The notes beneath the pieces are model-generated. The model saw only the letters and a list, made by a program, of their open reading frames with translations, did no database searches and had not been told where the DNA came from. Shown here in pieces: positions 10,966 to 23,852 of a DNA stretch of 64,000 nt. Numbering within the stretch: the stretch's first letter is position 1; each line of letters opens with the position of its first letter. The DNA is from Camelus ferus (lineage: Eukaryota): assembly GCF_009834535.1 (NCBI RefSeq), contig NC_045696.1, forward strand, positions 9,364,001-9,428,000, given 5' to 3'. Position numbers and translations under genes: made by a program.

Positions 10966-11969
10966 CTTAGCCCTACCTGGAACAAGAGTGAAGGCTGGCA
11001 CTGGTGTTATTATTAATACGTCAGACAGAACTGTCTAACCCCACAGTTGGATGATCTGCTGATAAGAAGACTTGCAAGGTCTAGTCAATAAATTCAACCA
11101 CGTAAGTGTAAAGATAACGGGTGACTTAATACACAGAAAGAGGCACCAAGACTCAGGAAACTGACTTGAGTCCCCTTAGCGATGGGCACCTGCTTCACCC
11201 GCTCCAGCCCCTCCAGCTCTCCCTTTCCGCCTCCAGGATTTACATGCAGGTCCACCTCATAGAGGGAGGGGCTGAGAACCCCCCTAGCTGGAGTCTGTGG
11301 AGTTGCTGGAGCCTGAGGGGTGGGGAGGTGGGCAGTTAGGACCCAAGCATCCAAGTAGACATACAGCTCCCCTGTAGATGGCGTCTTGGCCACCTGAGAC
11401 CACCCAGGGGTCCCCTTGCCTCGTGGCCACTTTGAAGGCTCCCCTGTCTCCTCCTGGCTCCGTTCTGGAGCAAGAAGCAGGGCAGAGCTGAGCTTCATAA
11501 AACCCCCAGCGGCTGGCGGCTGGGGCTTCCTCCTAAATCATGGTGCTTTCCTAACCACAGCAGGTTTGGGCAGAGTCACGCCAGATTGGCCGGGGGAGTG
11601 GTGGGGGGGTGGATGAAAGCACAGGGACACCAGGGCACATATTTTGGCCAGTCCTGACTTGTTCCACAGCTTTTGAGCCTCTTATTTTTATAGTAGTTAT
11701 ACTAAGCTCAGTGAAGTCTGAGGAAAGTTCCACAGAGTAGGGCAATTGTTTCTTTCTCTTTCTCCCTTCTGTCTCCATCCCTGGGAATCCTCTTGTAACT
11801 CATTCCGAAGCCGGTGAGATCCCCAGGAAGCCTGGGCATTCTCCGTCATCTCTGGGTGTCTTGATGAAGCTCACCTAGAGCCCTACGCTGGGACCCGCCG
11901 CCTTCTGCCCTGGCATCTGGAGAAGTTACTCTGCAGTCTCCCTGCTTTGCTCTGTCTCTGTCTCTCTCT

Positions 11970-12320
11970 CTTTTTTCTTTTTTTTTTTTTTTTAGCATTT
12001 TTTTTTAACTGAAGTATAATCAGTTTACAGTGTTGTGTCAATTTCTGGTGTACAACATAATGTTTCAGTCATACATATACATACAGATGTTCATTTTCAT
12101 ATTCTTTTTCATCATAAGTTACTACAAGATACTGAATACAATTCCCTGTGCTATACAGTGCGAACTTGTTGTTTATCTGTTTTATATACAGTAGTTAGTA
12201 CCTGCAAATCTCAAACTCTCAATTTATCCCTTCCCATCCCCTTTCCCCCCTGGGAATCATAAGTTGGTTTTCTATGTCTGTGAGTCTGTTTCTGCCGTGT
12301 AAGTAAGTTCATCTGTGTCA
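11970..12320 (-). mobile_element. Young L1 3' end, same family as 9465-10056
   Basis: Poly-T followed by tgaagtataatcagtttacagtgttgtgtcaatttctggtgtaca, the reverse complement of the L1 3'UTR. Confidence 0.9.
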
Positions 12321-15221
12321 TAGCGCTGTCTCTTTAATGGTCTCAGACTCAAGCTGGTGTTTTCCCTTAAAATTGTTCTCACCATTTCCTGAGTCCTGGC
12401 AGCTACTTCTTTAGGGGAAATAAAAAGAGGGGAGTGGGTAAGAGCAAAGCATACTTTAAAATGTAAAAATGGCCTTTGTCATCCAACTCTGTAAAATCTT
12501 AACTTTCTTAATAGACTCCTCGTCAGCACTGCAACTGGGACTTCGCGTGGGACTGGGACTTCACGAGGGGACAATGGTCTGCACGGCCACGGCACCCACA
12601 GCTCAGAAGACAGTGACGCAAGCTGAGCCTGGACATCTCCTCCGACCATGTGGCCTTAAAACAGAATTGTTCCAACCCAGCGCGGCTGCTGGACTGAAGG
12701 CTGTGAGGCATTTTAGAAGAATTAGCCAGCTGCTATGACCGCCAATAAAACAGGATTTACATATCCAGTGTTGCCTCATCTTAAATTGCTCTAAAAGAAA
12801 ATAGTTTTTTTTCTGTCTCGGTCTGTTGTAAATGAAGGGGTGTCGGGAACATGGTGGGAGTGACTGGGACGCCTTGCTGCCTAATTTTATGACTTTAATG
12901 TGCTTCGGTGCTCGGATGTGCCAGCAAGAATGAAGGCAAGGGTCCAGCCATCTCCACGGCCCATGATTGGGCCGCCCCAGGAGAGTCTGGTCCTGGGCGC
13001 GTTCAGCAACCAGACGAGATGATGGGATAAACACTCACGTTAGCGGTGAATAACTGACACCGTGGCCATAATTGGGACGTTTTATCATACGCAGTTTTAT
13101 TTTCCGATGTTGATAATTCTCTCCAGCTAATTACACTCTGGCTAAAACGTCTCAGCAGAGCTCTCAGCCTACGGGGGAAATTTTTTGTATGTTCACATTT
13201 CTGATAAAATCAAATCAGGCAGTTTGAGAGTGTCTTCTGTTTCCAGCGAAGACCCGGGCACTTGGATAACCCAGATGTGTACATTTGCCTTTCAAATTCA
13301 ACTTTTTTGAGCACCTATGACGGTAATTCTCAAAAGAAAAACACTGATGTCTCTGACAAGTTCTGAGAAATTCCATTCGCCCCTGAGACCGGCTGTGGCA
13401 TCTGTGACCGTGGCGGTTCTGCCGGGTCCTGGCCTGGGCCTGCCTCCCCCTCACAGAGGCCCCGGGGCCGAGCTGTAAAGGTCCACACGTCACTGAAAGG
13501 CCAGCAGGTCCGCTGCCCCACAGCCCTCCTCAAACCAGAACCTCTCCCACCCATTCCTCCCACACTTACTCCATTTAGAATTTGTGGGGAACTTTTTTTT
13601 TAATTTCCTTTGGGTGCTTTTTGCTTCTGGGGAGCGACCTTTCCGATGCTGGGCTGGAGTTCCATGTCAGGGGTACCACCCACCCCACCTTCCACTAAAG
13701 TGACTCCTGCTCATTACTGCCTTTGAGGGACACCCCCACCCTGCCAGACCTGACAGTGGGGTGATGACCCCCTGGAGATATTCATGGTGGCTCCTTAGCA
13801 CCCCACCCTCTCCTTCCCACCAGAACAGGGCATGCCCCCACCACCTTGATTCTTCAACTTCTTGCCTCTTCCTTCTTTCTAGAAAATTCTATGAGGGCCT
13901 AAATGGTAAATACATCCTGCGAAGTAAGCATTTTCCCCTACTCTGCCCAAATGTCGTGAAAAACAATTTGAAGTGCAGAGGGAAGACGAAGGAAGAGGCA
14001 ATAAATGGGTCACATTCTCCTTGTCCCTTTTCTGACAACTGGAGGTTGGAGGTTGACCTCATGTGCAGGGAAGTCCTTGTAGAAAATCAGGAGGGACCTG
14101 GGGGCAAACAGCTAATTTGGCTCCATCACAGGGATCAGGAGAAAATCAGTTGAGGAATGAAAGGCCATTGTGTTTCCAATGTTCTGGAGGGACTTTAGGC
14201 CGAATGAAAACAGTAGCTAACCAGAGGTGAGAGTCAGAAGACAGACTTTGATGTGGGAGGCAATGGCAGCCACTAGGATCAGGTCTCCTCCAAGAAGAAC
14301 AACGTGGTCCAAAGGCCAGCCAGGACCTCCCTCTGCAGGCAGGTGGCCCAGTGAAAGGCTGGACACAGCACAGCCAGACAGAAACCATTGCAGCCAGACA
14401 GATGGGGGCCGACTCCCAGCCACAAGTCCATGTACAAATTTCCTGCAATTCCTCCCGCGACCTTTGCAGACGGCAGGATGGCACCGTGTGCTTTGGGGCC
14501 CTGCAAGCGATCGTCAAGCACAAAGATCCAGCCTTCAGGCCGAGCAGTCAGCCCTCCCGGTCCGGCTGTCATCCCTGGACTGGTCCACGGAGGCCTGGCT
14601 CCCCTGCCACACACACACCACTTAATAGCTAATGCTAAGGTGTGGTGAGCACCTCTCGTGGAACGGGAGCTATAAACCTGGCCCCAGGAGGACAGAGGGT
14701 TATCGCTGTGCACACGGGGCACTGGAATGGCTGGTGCTTGTAAAGAGAAATGTGGGTGCAGTGACGGTGCACCGCACCTCCCAGCCTGAACCCACCATGT
14801 CCGGCCTATTTAATCAGCGCCGGGGACACTGCCCCAACCCAGGGAGAAGGCCTGTGGGACGGGGTGGGGGGCACTCCTCCCGGGTCTTCTCTTGCTCCTG
14901 CGTGGAAGCAGGCAGGAGAGCCAGGATCTCCCTAACCCTGGACACGCCCGTGTCGGGAGTCAGGGACCCCTCTTCCTCCGTCCAGGCGGCTCCGGCAGGC
15001 CCTGGCAGACCTCCTGGCACACAGTAAACACTCAGAAAATGACTAAGGGCCTGAATCCAATTGCTGCCAGGTGCCTGGGGGCCTGGTCCACTTCAGAACA
15101 TGCCTCACGGCCCCTCCCTGCTCTTTCTTTTCTGGGGCAATGCCCATGAACTTTTCCCTTTTAGAAGCTCAGAAATCGTCACTACTGAGAGATCACCCAA
15201 GGAGAGTGACCACCTCTAACT

Positions 15222-15421
15222 GGTGGGAAGAGGAGAGAAGGTGGACTAGAGGGAGAGGGGGGAGGGAGAAGGAGGAGAGGTGGGGAGGGAGAAAGAGGGG
15301 GGAGGGAGAGGGAGGGGGAGGGAGAGGAGGGAGAGGAGGGGGACAAGGAAGGGGAGGGGGAGTTGGAGGGGAGGGGGAGATGGAGGGAGAGGGGGATGGG
15401 GAGGGAGGCGGGAGGAGAGAG
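15222..15421 (+). repeat. G-rich polypurine low-complexity tract
   Basis: About 200 bp of almost only G/A, with many G3-G7 runs. Confidence 0.95.
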
Positions 15422-15654
15422 CACATAGGGCCCAGGACCTGGGCAGCTAAGTCTCCCCCAGCCTCTGGGACCAGCAGTTTGACTTAAAATGCAATATTCA
15501 AATCAATTTAAGACTTCCTGATTTTGAATAATCTATAAGTAAAAAAAAAAGTGTACAATTCTTTCCATTTGCCGGACACGCTGACGTTTCCATTTTGAAT
15601 GCCACGAGGTCTCTCAGAGTCAACAGGGTCGGGGGAAGGCGTGAGGAGCCAGGG

Positions 15655-15810
15655 AGAACCCGGGTAAACTCGGGCCCCACCACTTACTTAATCAAGTGGC
15701 CTTGGGCAGTTCATTTGTTCTCCCCGAGTCTCGGTTTCTCCATTAAAAACCGGAGATAAAAATCCCTACGCCTCGCAGCATAGCCATGAGAGAGGCCCGA
15801 GTCCCGCGGG
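15655..15810 (+). mobile_element. MIR SINE remnant, CpG-rich
   Basis: ccaccacttact...ccttgggcagttcattt..tctccccgagtctcggtttctccattaaaa, similar to the MIR core. Confidence 0.65.
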
Positions 15811-16190
15811 CACCCCATAAAGGCGGCTATTACTGGCATTACGGTCATCAGCGTCATCATCATTACCCCTGCGGACCCGGGCACCTCAGAACAATTAGGG
15901 AACTTAGGGGACTTCTTAACAAGGCTCAATTAGCATCATTTTCATACCAAACTGTACAGCCTTAAAGAAGCGATGATTTTTTTTTTTTTTTTTTTACTTC
16001 TCCACAACCTAACGCCTCTTCCATCTATTCCAAGTGAAAATTAGTAACTGAAGTCGTTTGCTTAATTGCAAAAGCAAACAGATCCCCAGCCAGGAGGCAG
16101 AAACGGCAGGGCCCAGGCCTGGCATCGTGTCTGGGAGTTACATCAACCTTGCGGGGAACCGTCCAGAGGAAACACCTTCTAGGGGGCTGG

Positions 16191-16232
16191 GCACCCCTGA
16201 CCACACCTGACCACCCCTGACCACCCCTGACC
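16191..16232. repeat. Minisatellite, 4 x 10 bp (CCACCCCTGA)
   Basis: gcacccctga ccacacctga ccacccctga ccacccctga cc. Confidence 0.9.
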
Positions 16233-16674
16233 GATGGCAGGGCTGATGAGCCCAGGGGAGCTGCTTACTTTTTAAGAAAATGACACCAAAGCCCTCTGCC
16301 TGTAAAAGCTGAGAGGCTGATCTCCTTTCTGACTTTTGGAGTCTGCACCAAGGGGGCCCGAGCAGGTGGCCACTGCTGTGTCCACCATCACCTGGGGGAG
16401 AGTGAGCTCCGAGCAATGAGAGAAGAAGGTAACCCCCTCCTCCCATCAGAACTTGACATTCAACACTCTGGAAGTGCTCGGATCCACACTATGACAGCCA
16501 GGTGGGGGGGGGGAAACAAGCTAGCCCACCTCTTCCTTATCAAACAGGAATGTTTTGTGGAGAAAATGTCCTCCCAGACCAGCAATTTTGAATGTGATTT
16601 TTAAAAACAAACACTCCTTGAAGACCTACTCTGATTTCAAGTATAGTTGTGAACTATTTATGGACATGATTGGA

Positions 16675-16785
16675 TTCAATCCTTTCAAATGCCTGTAAGA
16701 TGTCCTATTACTATTCCCATTTTACAGATGCGGAAACTGAGGCTCAGAGAGACCACGTAAGCTGCCCAAAGACCCAAACAGAATT
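16675..16785 (-). mobile_element. MIR SINE
   Basis: attcccattttacagatgcggaaactgaggctcagaga, the MIR core. Confidence 0.85.
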
Positions 16786-18015
16786 AGGCAAAGAAAGATC
16801 TCTCCTATCCTTGGAAACTGGATTCAATCTACAGTCCCAGCTTCCTTCCAGGTCCTTGAGATGGAAACTAGACTCTCCTACCCTTCTTCTGACCTCCAGC
16901 ACAGATTTCTGCCTTTGTAATCCCCTCTCACCTGGGTCGCAGAGCCTCCCACCTGGATTCCTGCCGCAGCCTCCTGCTGATCTCTCTGCCTGGGATTTCT
17001 AGCCCCTCTGATCTTCCCCATATCCTAGACAAGCTTAACCCAGATAAAATGCCCGTGTCCTTAGCTCATGCTGCTGGAACGTTACTCAAGTGCAAATTCT
17101 AATTGCATTGCTCACAAGCAGTGTGACCAGGGCAAAGTACCTAAACTTCCAGTGTAGCTCTTGCTCATTCACAACTTAAGGTCAGCAGTGCTGGGTGAGC
17201 ACTAATTAGCTGTTCTGCAGAAAACACACAGAACCATGCCAGACACACAGAAACATTCAATACTCTGTTGCAACCCCTCTTCTTTCGTCCCCCCTCCTGG
17301 ACCCTCCCCTTTCCCTTCCTCTCTCACTTCTGTCTTCTCTCCTCTGTCCTCTCTCCCCTCCTCCCTCCCTTCCTCTCCACTTTCTAATATATGCCAGCCA
17401 GTCAAGCCACGTACTCCCCTTAAATGCTGTCCTTTCTCAGGCCAACTGCTGGGTCCTTAATTATCCCACATCACCTTCCTGAAGTCCCTCTTGTCCACTC
17501 TGCTACCATCTCGCTCCTCCTCAGGTCTGGTCAGCAAGTTCCTCCAACTCTACATCCTTTTCTATGACCGTCTGGGCAGCATTGTTTTTCACCTTTTCTG
17601 AAGTCCTCTGACAATGGAGTTGGCTCTGCCTGGTTTAACGCCAGATCGTTTACTAATTATTTCCTGTTGGCACATTCCTTCAGGGCGGACCCTGTCAGCT
17701 TTCTGTAAGCTGGTGATTAACAGTCCCCTCACTGTGCCGGGGACGGGTTCATTTTCTTCCCTCTCCCTGGCATCATCCACTGCCCACGGCCAGGCCCACA
17801 GAAGTCACTCCAGGAAAACTCACATATGGAGCAAATGGCCACTGTCCTCTAAGGTTCTAGGAAACCCCTCAACACAGGGAGTTCCTTTAAAGACAGGGAA
17901 ACCCTGCCTCGTCCCTACGGAGAACATCGGGGACCTCGCCTAACCTGCCCCCGTCCTCTCCCCAGCCTGCTTGTTCTGGGACTCATGTCTCCACCCACAC
18001 AAAAGGACAATCACT

Positions 18016-18112
18016 GGGTGACCTTGTTTGCCTGGGTCTGTGCTGATTTTAAAGATGGAAACCCCTCATCAGGCCACTAAGTCTCAGGCAAGGTGGGACG
18101 GCTGGTCACCTT
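18016..18112. mobile_element. MER81/MER94-like hAT-Blackjack MITE
   Basis: Terminal inverted repeats gggtgacc...ggtcacct and internal tttgcctggg / ctcaggcaa. Confidence 0.6.
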
Positions 18113-18505
18113 ATTGTCTGCCCCACTGAGAGCTTTATTTTTTGAGAGGATCAAAAACATTATTAACATCCTCATAGGTAACCTAGAAGTGAGACTTTGC
18201 TCCTCCTTAACCAGAACATCAGTGAATTAACCTACCTGAAGGACTGGGTTAGGTAGCCAATCTCTTGAATGCTAAGGAGATGGAAATATCAGCTCCCCAG
18301 GAGGCAGAACAGATGAACAAAGAGTGAGGCGGGAATTTAAGACAAGCCTAGAAAACTCCCCAGATTACTCAGAGCCAGCTTATGCGGGAACAGCCTTTCC
18401 CCTCCTGACTCTCAGGCCACCTTCAGAAAAGAGAAGTTAAAATCGATGGTGCAGTTCAGGTAGCAAATGTCCCCAGAATTGCCCATCTCTGGGTGTGACA
18501 GACAC

Positions 18506-19140
18506 AAAAACACCACCTTGAAAAGATATATACACCCCCACGTTCATTGCAGCATTATTTTTAATAGCCAAGATATGGAAACAACCAAGTGTCCAATGAT
18601 GGATGAGTGGATAAAGAAAATGTGTATAGATACATAATAGACTATTATTCACTTATTTAAAAAGACTGAAATCGTGCCATCAGTGATAAAATGGGTGGGC
18701 TTTCAGGGCCTTTGAGGGCAGAAAAAGACTAATATATGATCTCACTTATATGTGGAATCAACAAAAATAAACCAAAAAACTAAGCTCATAGATACAGAGG
18801 ACAGATTATTGGTGGTTGCCCAGAGGTGGGGAAGCAAAATGGGTGAAGGGGGACAGAGGGTACAAACTTTCAGTTACAAAATAAATAAGTCATTGGAAAG
18901 TAACATACAGCATGGCAACTATACTTAATAATGCTATATCGTATATTTAAAAGTTGCTAAGATCTTAAAAGTTCTCACCACAAGAAAGAAAAAATGTAAC
19001 TGTGTGCAGTGATGGATGTTAACGACACTTACTGGTGTGATCATTTCAAAATACGTACCAATATCGAATCAGTATGTTGCACACCGGAAGCTAACATAAT
19101 GTAGGTTAATTATGCCTCAATAAAAAATGCTTAAAATAAA
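18506..19140 (+). mobile_element. L1 3' end (L1MA9-like), followed by a putative 3' transduction to 19769
   Basis: cgttcattgcagcattatt, aagctcatagatacagag, gatcttaaaagttctcaccacaag motifs, ending in caataaaaaa. Confidence 0.9.
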
Positions 19141-20284
19141 TAAAAATGAAAACTAAAAACATTTAAATGTAATTAATAGGTAAACTGTCCTTCATCACGG
19201 ACACCATGGAGGTTGGCTACCAGCCCATGTTAAACCGTAGCCACTGGAAAGTCATTTAGCATTTCAGTCAAGAGCTTTTGCACTCTCAGGGTCAGCCTCT
19301 GAAACTCCAGGCAATTGAGAAAATAAGTAAATTGAAATGAAATCAAAACATACCCACATAGGGAAGCTGAGACTCATCTGCCCACACTTTGATGTGTTTC
19401 AACTTCCTATGTCCCATTAGTGGTGCTTGGTTCAGAAAACTAAGGGGGGCCCAAGAGCTGAACACCAGCAAAAGGGGAGGTCGACGAAGCGCCTTCATCT
19501 TCCTCTTAAGGTGGAGGATGAAAACCTTAAATTCTTTTTGCTATTCTTGCTTGATTTGGAGATTGTTTCTGTTTCGTTTTGTTTTTCTTATAAGATTATC
19601 TACCTTACTCGAGTACCGTCAATAAAGAACTGATTTTTTTTAATTGTAATGCACAAAGACATATATTTGCATAATGATTTAGTAAGATTAACAGTCATAA
19701 CCATCAGTTGAGGGGGTAGAATCTCACTGAGATCTCAGAAATAAAATAATGAAAATTAAAAAAAAAAAATTGGTACAGTTCAGGAGAAAAAACCCATCCC
19801 AGAAGAGCTCATCTCTGGGTGTGACGGACACTCCAGACCAAAGGGCACCACACGAATGGGCTGGAAACCACGAACTGCTCATCCTAAAATCTTAACTCGA
19901 TCTCAACAAAGGCCACTATTTATCTTTGAGCCTCCATGTTACCCCTTGGATTAAAAAGAAAAGCAAGAATTTCTGTCCTAGTGAAATGCGAGTATCTTCC
20001 AGGTGTCCTCAAGTCAGCAGCTGGGAGAAATCCTGGCGCGCTTGAGTGTCTGCCTCCTCTGAGGAATTTAAAAGGTGGAAAGAGCAGGATGATTAGGAAG
20101 TGTCACCTTAGAACTCAGCTCCTACCTCTTATTCTAAAAAGAAGACACGTAAGCAGATGCATCTTTTCCAAAGAGTTCACCCAAGACCTCAGCAAGGTCA
20201 CAGATTCCAGATCTGTCTTTTACAAACATCCTTATGAACCAAACGGCTATGTTGTGAAATAATGATGATGATGTCGATGGTAGC

Positions 20285-20490
20285 AATTAACACACAGCAT
20301 TTACCCTTTACCAGTCAAAGCACTAAACACTCTACTTATATTAAATCAATACATCTTGACAGCAACCTTATCAGCTGTAGATACTATTACTATCTCCATT
20401 TACAGGTGAGAAAACTAAGACAGAGAGGTCAAGTAACCTGCCCAAGGTCACACAGCAGGCTTTGAACCGAGGAGTCAGCTACAGTCCATC
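20285..20490 (-). mobile_element. MIR SINE
   Basis: tatctccattttacaggtgagaaaactaagacagagaggtcaagtaacctgcccaaggtcacacag. Confidence 0.88.
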
Positions 20491-21440
20491 GTCTTCATCC
20501 CACTCTGGACACTGGCCCATGTGCAAATGGAGAGGCTCCAGCTCCAGCAGAGCCTTTCCTCAGAGTAAAGGGCATTAGCGGGGTTGTCTGCTTGTTTGTT
20601 TTACCCCCACCTCCTTTCAGCAAGGACTGGAGGCGGCTTGCAAGAATCCAGAATAATAAGAGAACATGTATCAGAGGCAAGTGGAAGTACAAAGTGCCCT
20701 GTATAGTGGTTGGGACATTTTACAGCCCTGGGGGACAACGGTGGTGGCCAAGTGGGCTGGGTGGAAGGGGCCTCTGGCCGTGTGCTCCATATTCTGTTCC
20801 CTCTCTAGGAAACTTTTGCCAGAAGTCAGGGTGACGATGAGCTTGACATCGCATCTCCCATCCCCACACTTGGAGTACAAATGGTCCTTCTACCTGATTG
20901 ACAGCGCAGCGCCCCCTCCCCAGACACACACAGCCATGCAGGGCTGGCATCACCTGCAAAATCTGGTGAGTCCTGCAAAGCTGTGAGGACAGCCCACCCC
21001 TTTCCAGCAGGAGACGCGGGGCCAAAGTGCTCCTTGAAAGATCCTGTCGAATCTGCTCTCATCCCGTTCCTCACAGCCCGGGTACCATGTTCTCTGTCAC
21101 AGGGCCAAAAGAGTTTGGGTCAGGGATTTTTTTCAAGGCAGGTAGAACCAAATGCCTGACCTTGGCCCTAAATAGCTTTTAATAGAGCATCCAAAGGATG
21201 TTGAGAGGAAGCAAGACCATTGCCTGCTGTAGAAAAAAGATGTTTTGGACTTGCCCTTCTCATTTCAGAGCCTGAGAAGGCACTGGTTAAGGACCATGGG
21301 GACAATCTCAGAAGCAGCCAGGGAAATAACCACCAATTAACTTTCCAAGTAGGTTGACACTTGAGCACAACTCACTCTAGCCACGGCCTGGGGTGACAGT
21401 GACAGAATGTGAAAGAACAAGATCTTTGTGAAGACTATTT

Positions 21441-21919
21441 GCTGGTAAGTAGGCAGAACCTCAGTGCCTCAAAGATGTCCACATCCTAATAACTCAGCGC
21501 CTGTGAGTATGTTACCTTCCATGGCTAAAGAGGACTTTGCAGATGGGATCAAGGTGATGGCTTTGAGATGGGGAGACGACCCCGGATTGCCAGGTGGGCC
21601 CAGTCTGATCACATGCGGATATCCTGAGGAGTAAGGACCTTTTCCCCTCTGTGGTCAGGGAAGGCTTGACTTTGAAGATGGAGGGAGGGGGCGATGAACC
21701 AAGGAATGCAGGTGCCCTGTAGAAGCTGGAAAAGGCCACAGCGTGGATCATCCCCCAGAGCCTCCAGAAAGAAATGGAGGCCCGCTGCTGCCTTAATTTT
21801 AGCCCAGTGAGACCTGTGTCCAACTTCTGACTGATGGAACTGTAAAATACTAAATGTGAGTTGTTTTAAACCACCAAGTGTGGGGTCATTTGTTACAGCA
21901 GCAACAGGAAGCTAATACA
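21441..21919 (+). mobile_element. MaLR solo LTR (MLT1D-like)
   Basis: aaagatgtccacatcctaat...tatgttaccttccatggc...gactttgcagatg...tttgttacagcagcaacaggaagctaataca. Confidence 0.9.
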
Positions 21920-22503
21920 GTTGATGATTCCAATAAACGAGTCCCAAACCTTTTCTTAAGATGGTTTGCATCAGTCACACAGAGGGACAAACGCTGGAGC
22001 AGGCAGCCCTTAGCTTATTCCCAGAAACTTCCCACATGAGCCTCTCCTCATTTGTCAGGGATTGGTCATGGACACCAAGCATGGTTGTCATCTGAGGAAG
22101 CTCTGTACTGAGCCCACCAGAGCCAAGTCAAGACCACTGCTCCTCTATGCAGACTTGGGAACCACAATAACCTTTTAGGCTCGAATTATGGGGAGGCCCA
22201 CTTGCTCCTCCACATCACCTCTGGGGCCACAGCCTCTGGCAGACAAGCCTGGGACATAGCTTTCTACTTGACTCGTGGGCTATATTTTTTCCCTCAGTGT
22301 TTTAATTTGGTAAGACTGATGTGAGGAGCCATCTGGCCAGAAGTCGAACAGGGAACAATCACAGACCATCCTCTCAAGAGGATGAGGGGTCCACCCATGA
22401 CATTTTGCTCTTTCTAATCTTGGTTCCTTACTGGGTTTTCAGAATCTCTCTTCTCAAAAGGGCTTAATAGCGTCAAGCCGCTTAACGGCTTCAAGAGGTT
22501 GTT

Positions 22504-22521
22504 GGCTCCCCCTAGTGGTCT
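22504..22521 (-). promoter_or_regulatory. CTCF motif (GACCACTAGGGGGAGCC on minus strand)
   Basis: Close match to the CTCF core CCASYAGRKGGCRS. Confidence 0.6.
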
Positions 22522-23852
22522 TGAGATGCATTTTCCGACTTACCACCTTCCCTTTTCACACCCATCCCTCATTAGGGTCTGGTGGAAAACGTTACATTTA
22601 GTTTTCAGGCCCTATAGAAGGCGAAACCTTCCCAATTTGCCTGGGACTCAGGTTCCCTGTTACCTAGGATTCTGAGTTTTAAAATGAGGAAAGTCCTGGA
22701 AAGACCAGAACGCCGTGGTCTCCATACCTATGGCTCCCTTTAGACCCCATGGAAAAACTACCCAAAGAGAGCCTGGTCTTTCTGGGTCCTGGGCCCTGCA
22801 ACAACCGGGTCCCAAACATAATTGGGACCTGGACAGTAGTGCCTTTACTAACGCATCTCGGTTTGAGATCAGCAGCTGACTTGTGCATGTTTTGCTCATG
22901 ATAGGAAAATAACAATTGAAAATGTATAAATTATTTCTGGGACTCTCATTGAAGAACCAGGAGAGGAGAGAGGACACATGGTGGATGGGACAGGAGGGGC
23001 AGGAGTACATAAAATCACATTGTGTGTAACATCGGAAAAGTTGGCCTTAAGCTTCAAAAGCAAGAAAATCAGAGAATTAAAAAAAAATAAGTATGGAGTT
23101 TAGGAAAAGGAATAACTTTTGTACAAATATTCGATCAACCACAAAATTAGCGGAGCAGTGTTCCATGAGCATATATGAACCCTTTAAGTGGGTGACAGAG
23201 AGAACATGAGGAAAAACCAGTAGAAATGTGACAAGAGTCCCAGTCCCTCATGTGCTCAATTCTTAACTAATTTCACAATTTCTGAAATGCAAGGAAGTTT
23301 CTTCCTTTGGGGAGATTCTGACATGGTCGCCATCAGAAATTGGTATCTCAGCTCAAATTCTTGAATTCTACTTGTGAGTCTCCCGTAGAGACTGAAGGGA
23401 ATCACAGTCATGAGATGCCACTTACTGGGGTCCAATGATCTTTCTCCGGGCACCCTCCACCCAAGCTCTTCTCAGCCAACAGTGTCTTCTCCCTTCTTCC
23501 TCTACGGTCTGTGCCAGCAAAGTTGGAATCCACACTGGTCTTATCCCCACCTCTTGGTTAGGGCAGGATGGAGCCATGTAGGGTGCAGGGGAGCGGTTGG
23601 GAGGGAAAAGTCCATGGGCAGGTGAACAGAAAGCTGGACTCCCGTACTCCCACCCACTATGGTCCCAGGGTGACTGCCAAGGGTTAGGCTGTACCAGTCT
23701 GCTTGCAGGTAAAAAGGCCAGTGGCTCCAGCCGTACCATCGCGTGACTACAGTGTAAATCTTCCTGGTTTCTTTAACTTTTCTGCAAGGACAGGGAATGC
23801 TAACTGGACAGGAAACCACCCAGCTGGGCCTGCGTTCCCTTCTCTCCCCTCT

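Noticed and set aside
11371..11384. Weaker CTCF-like motif CCTGTAGATGGCGT (and similar partial matches at ~16360 and ~35468)
   Set aside because: Mismatches at informative positions, so not supportable without a matrix scan or ChIP data.
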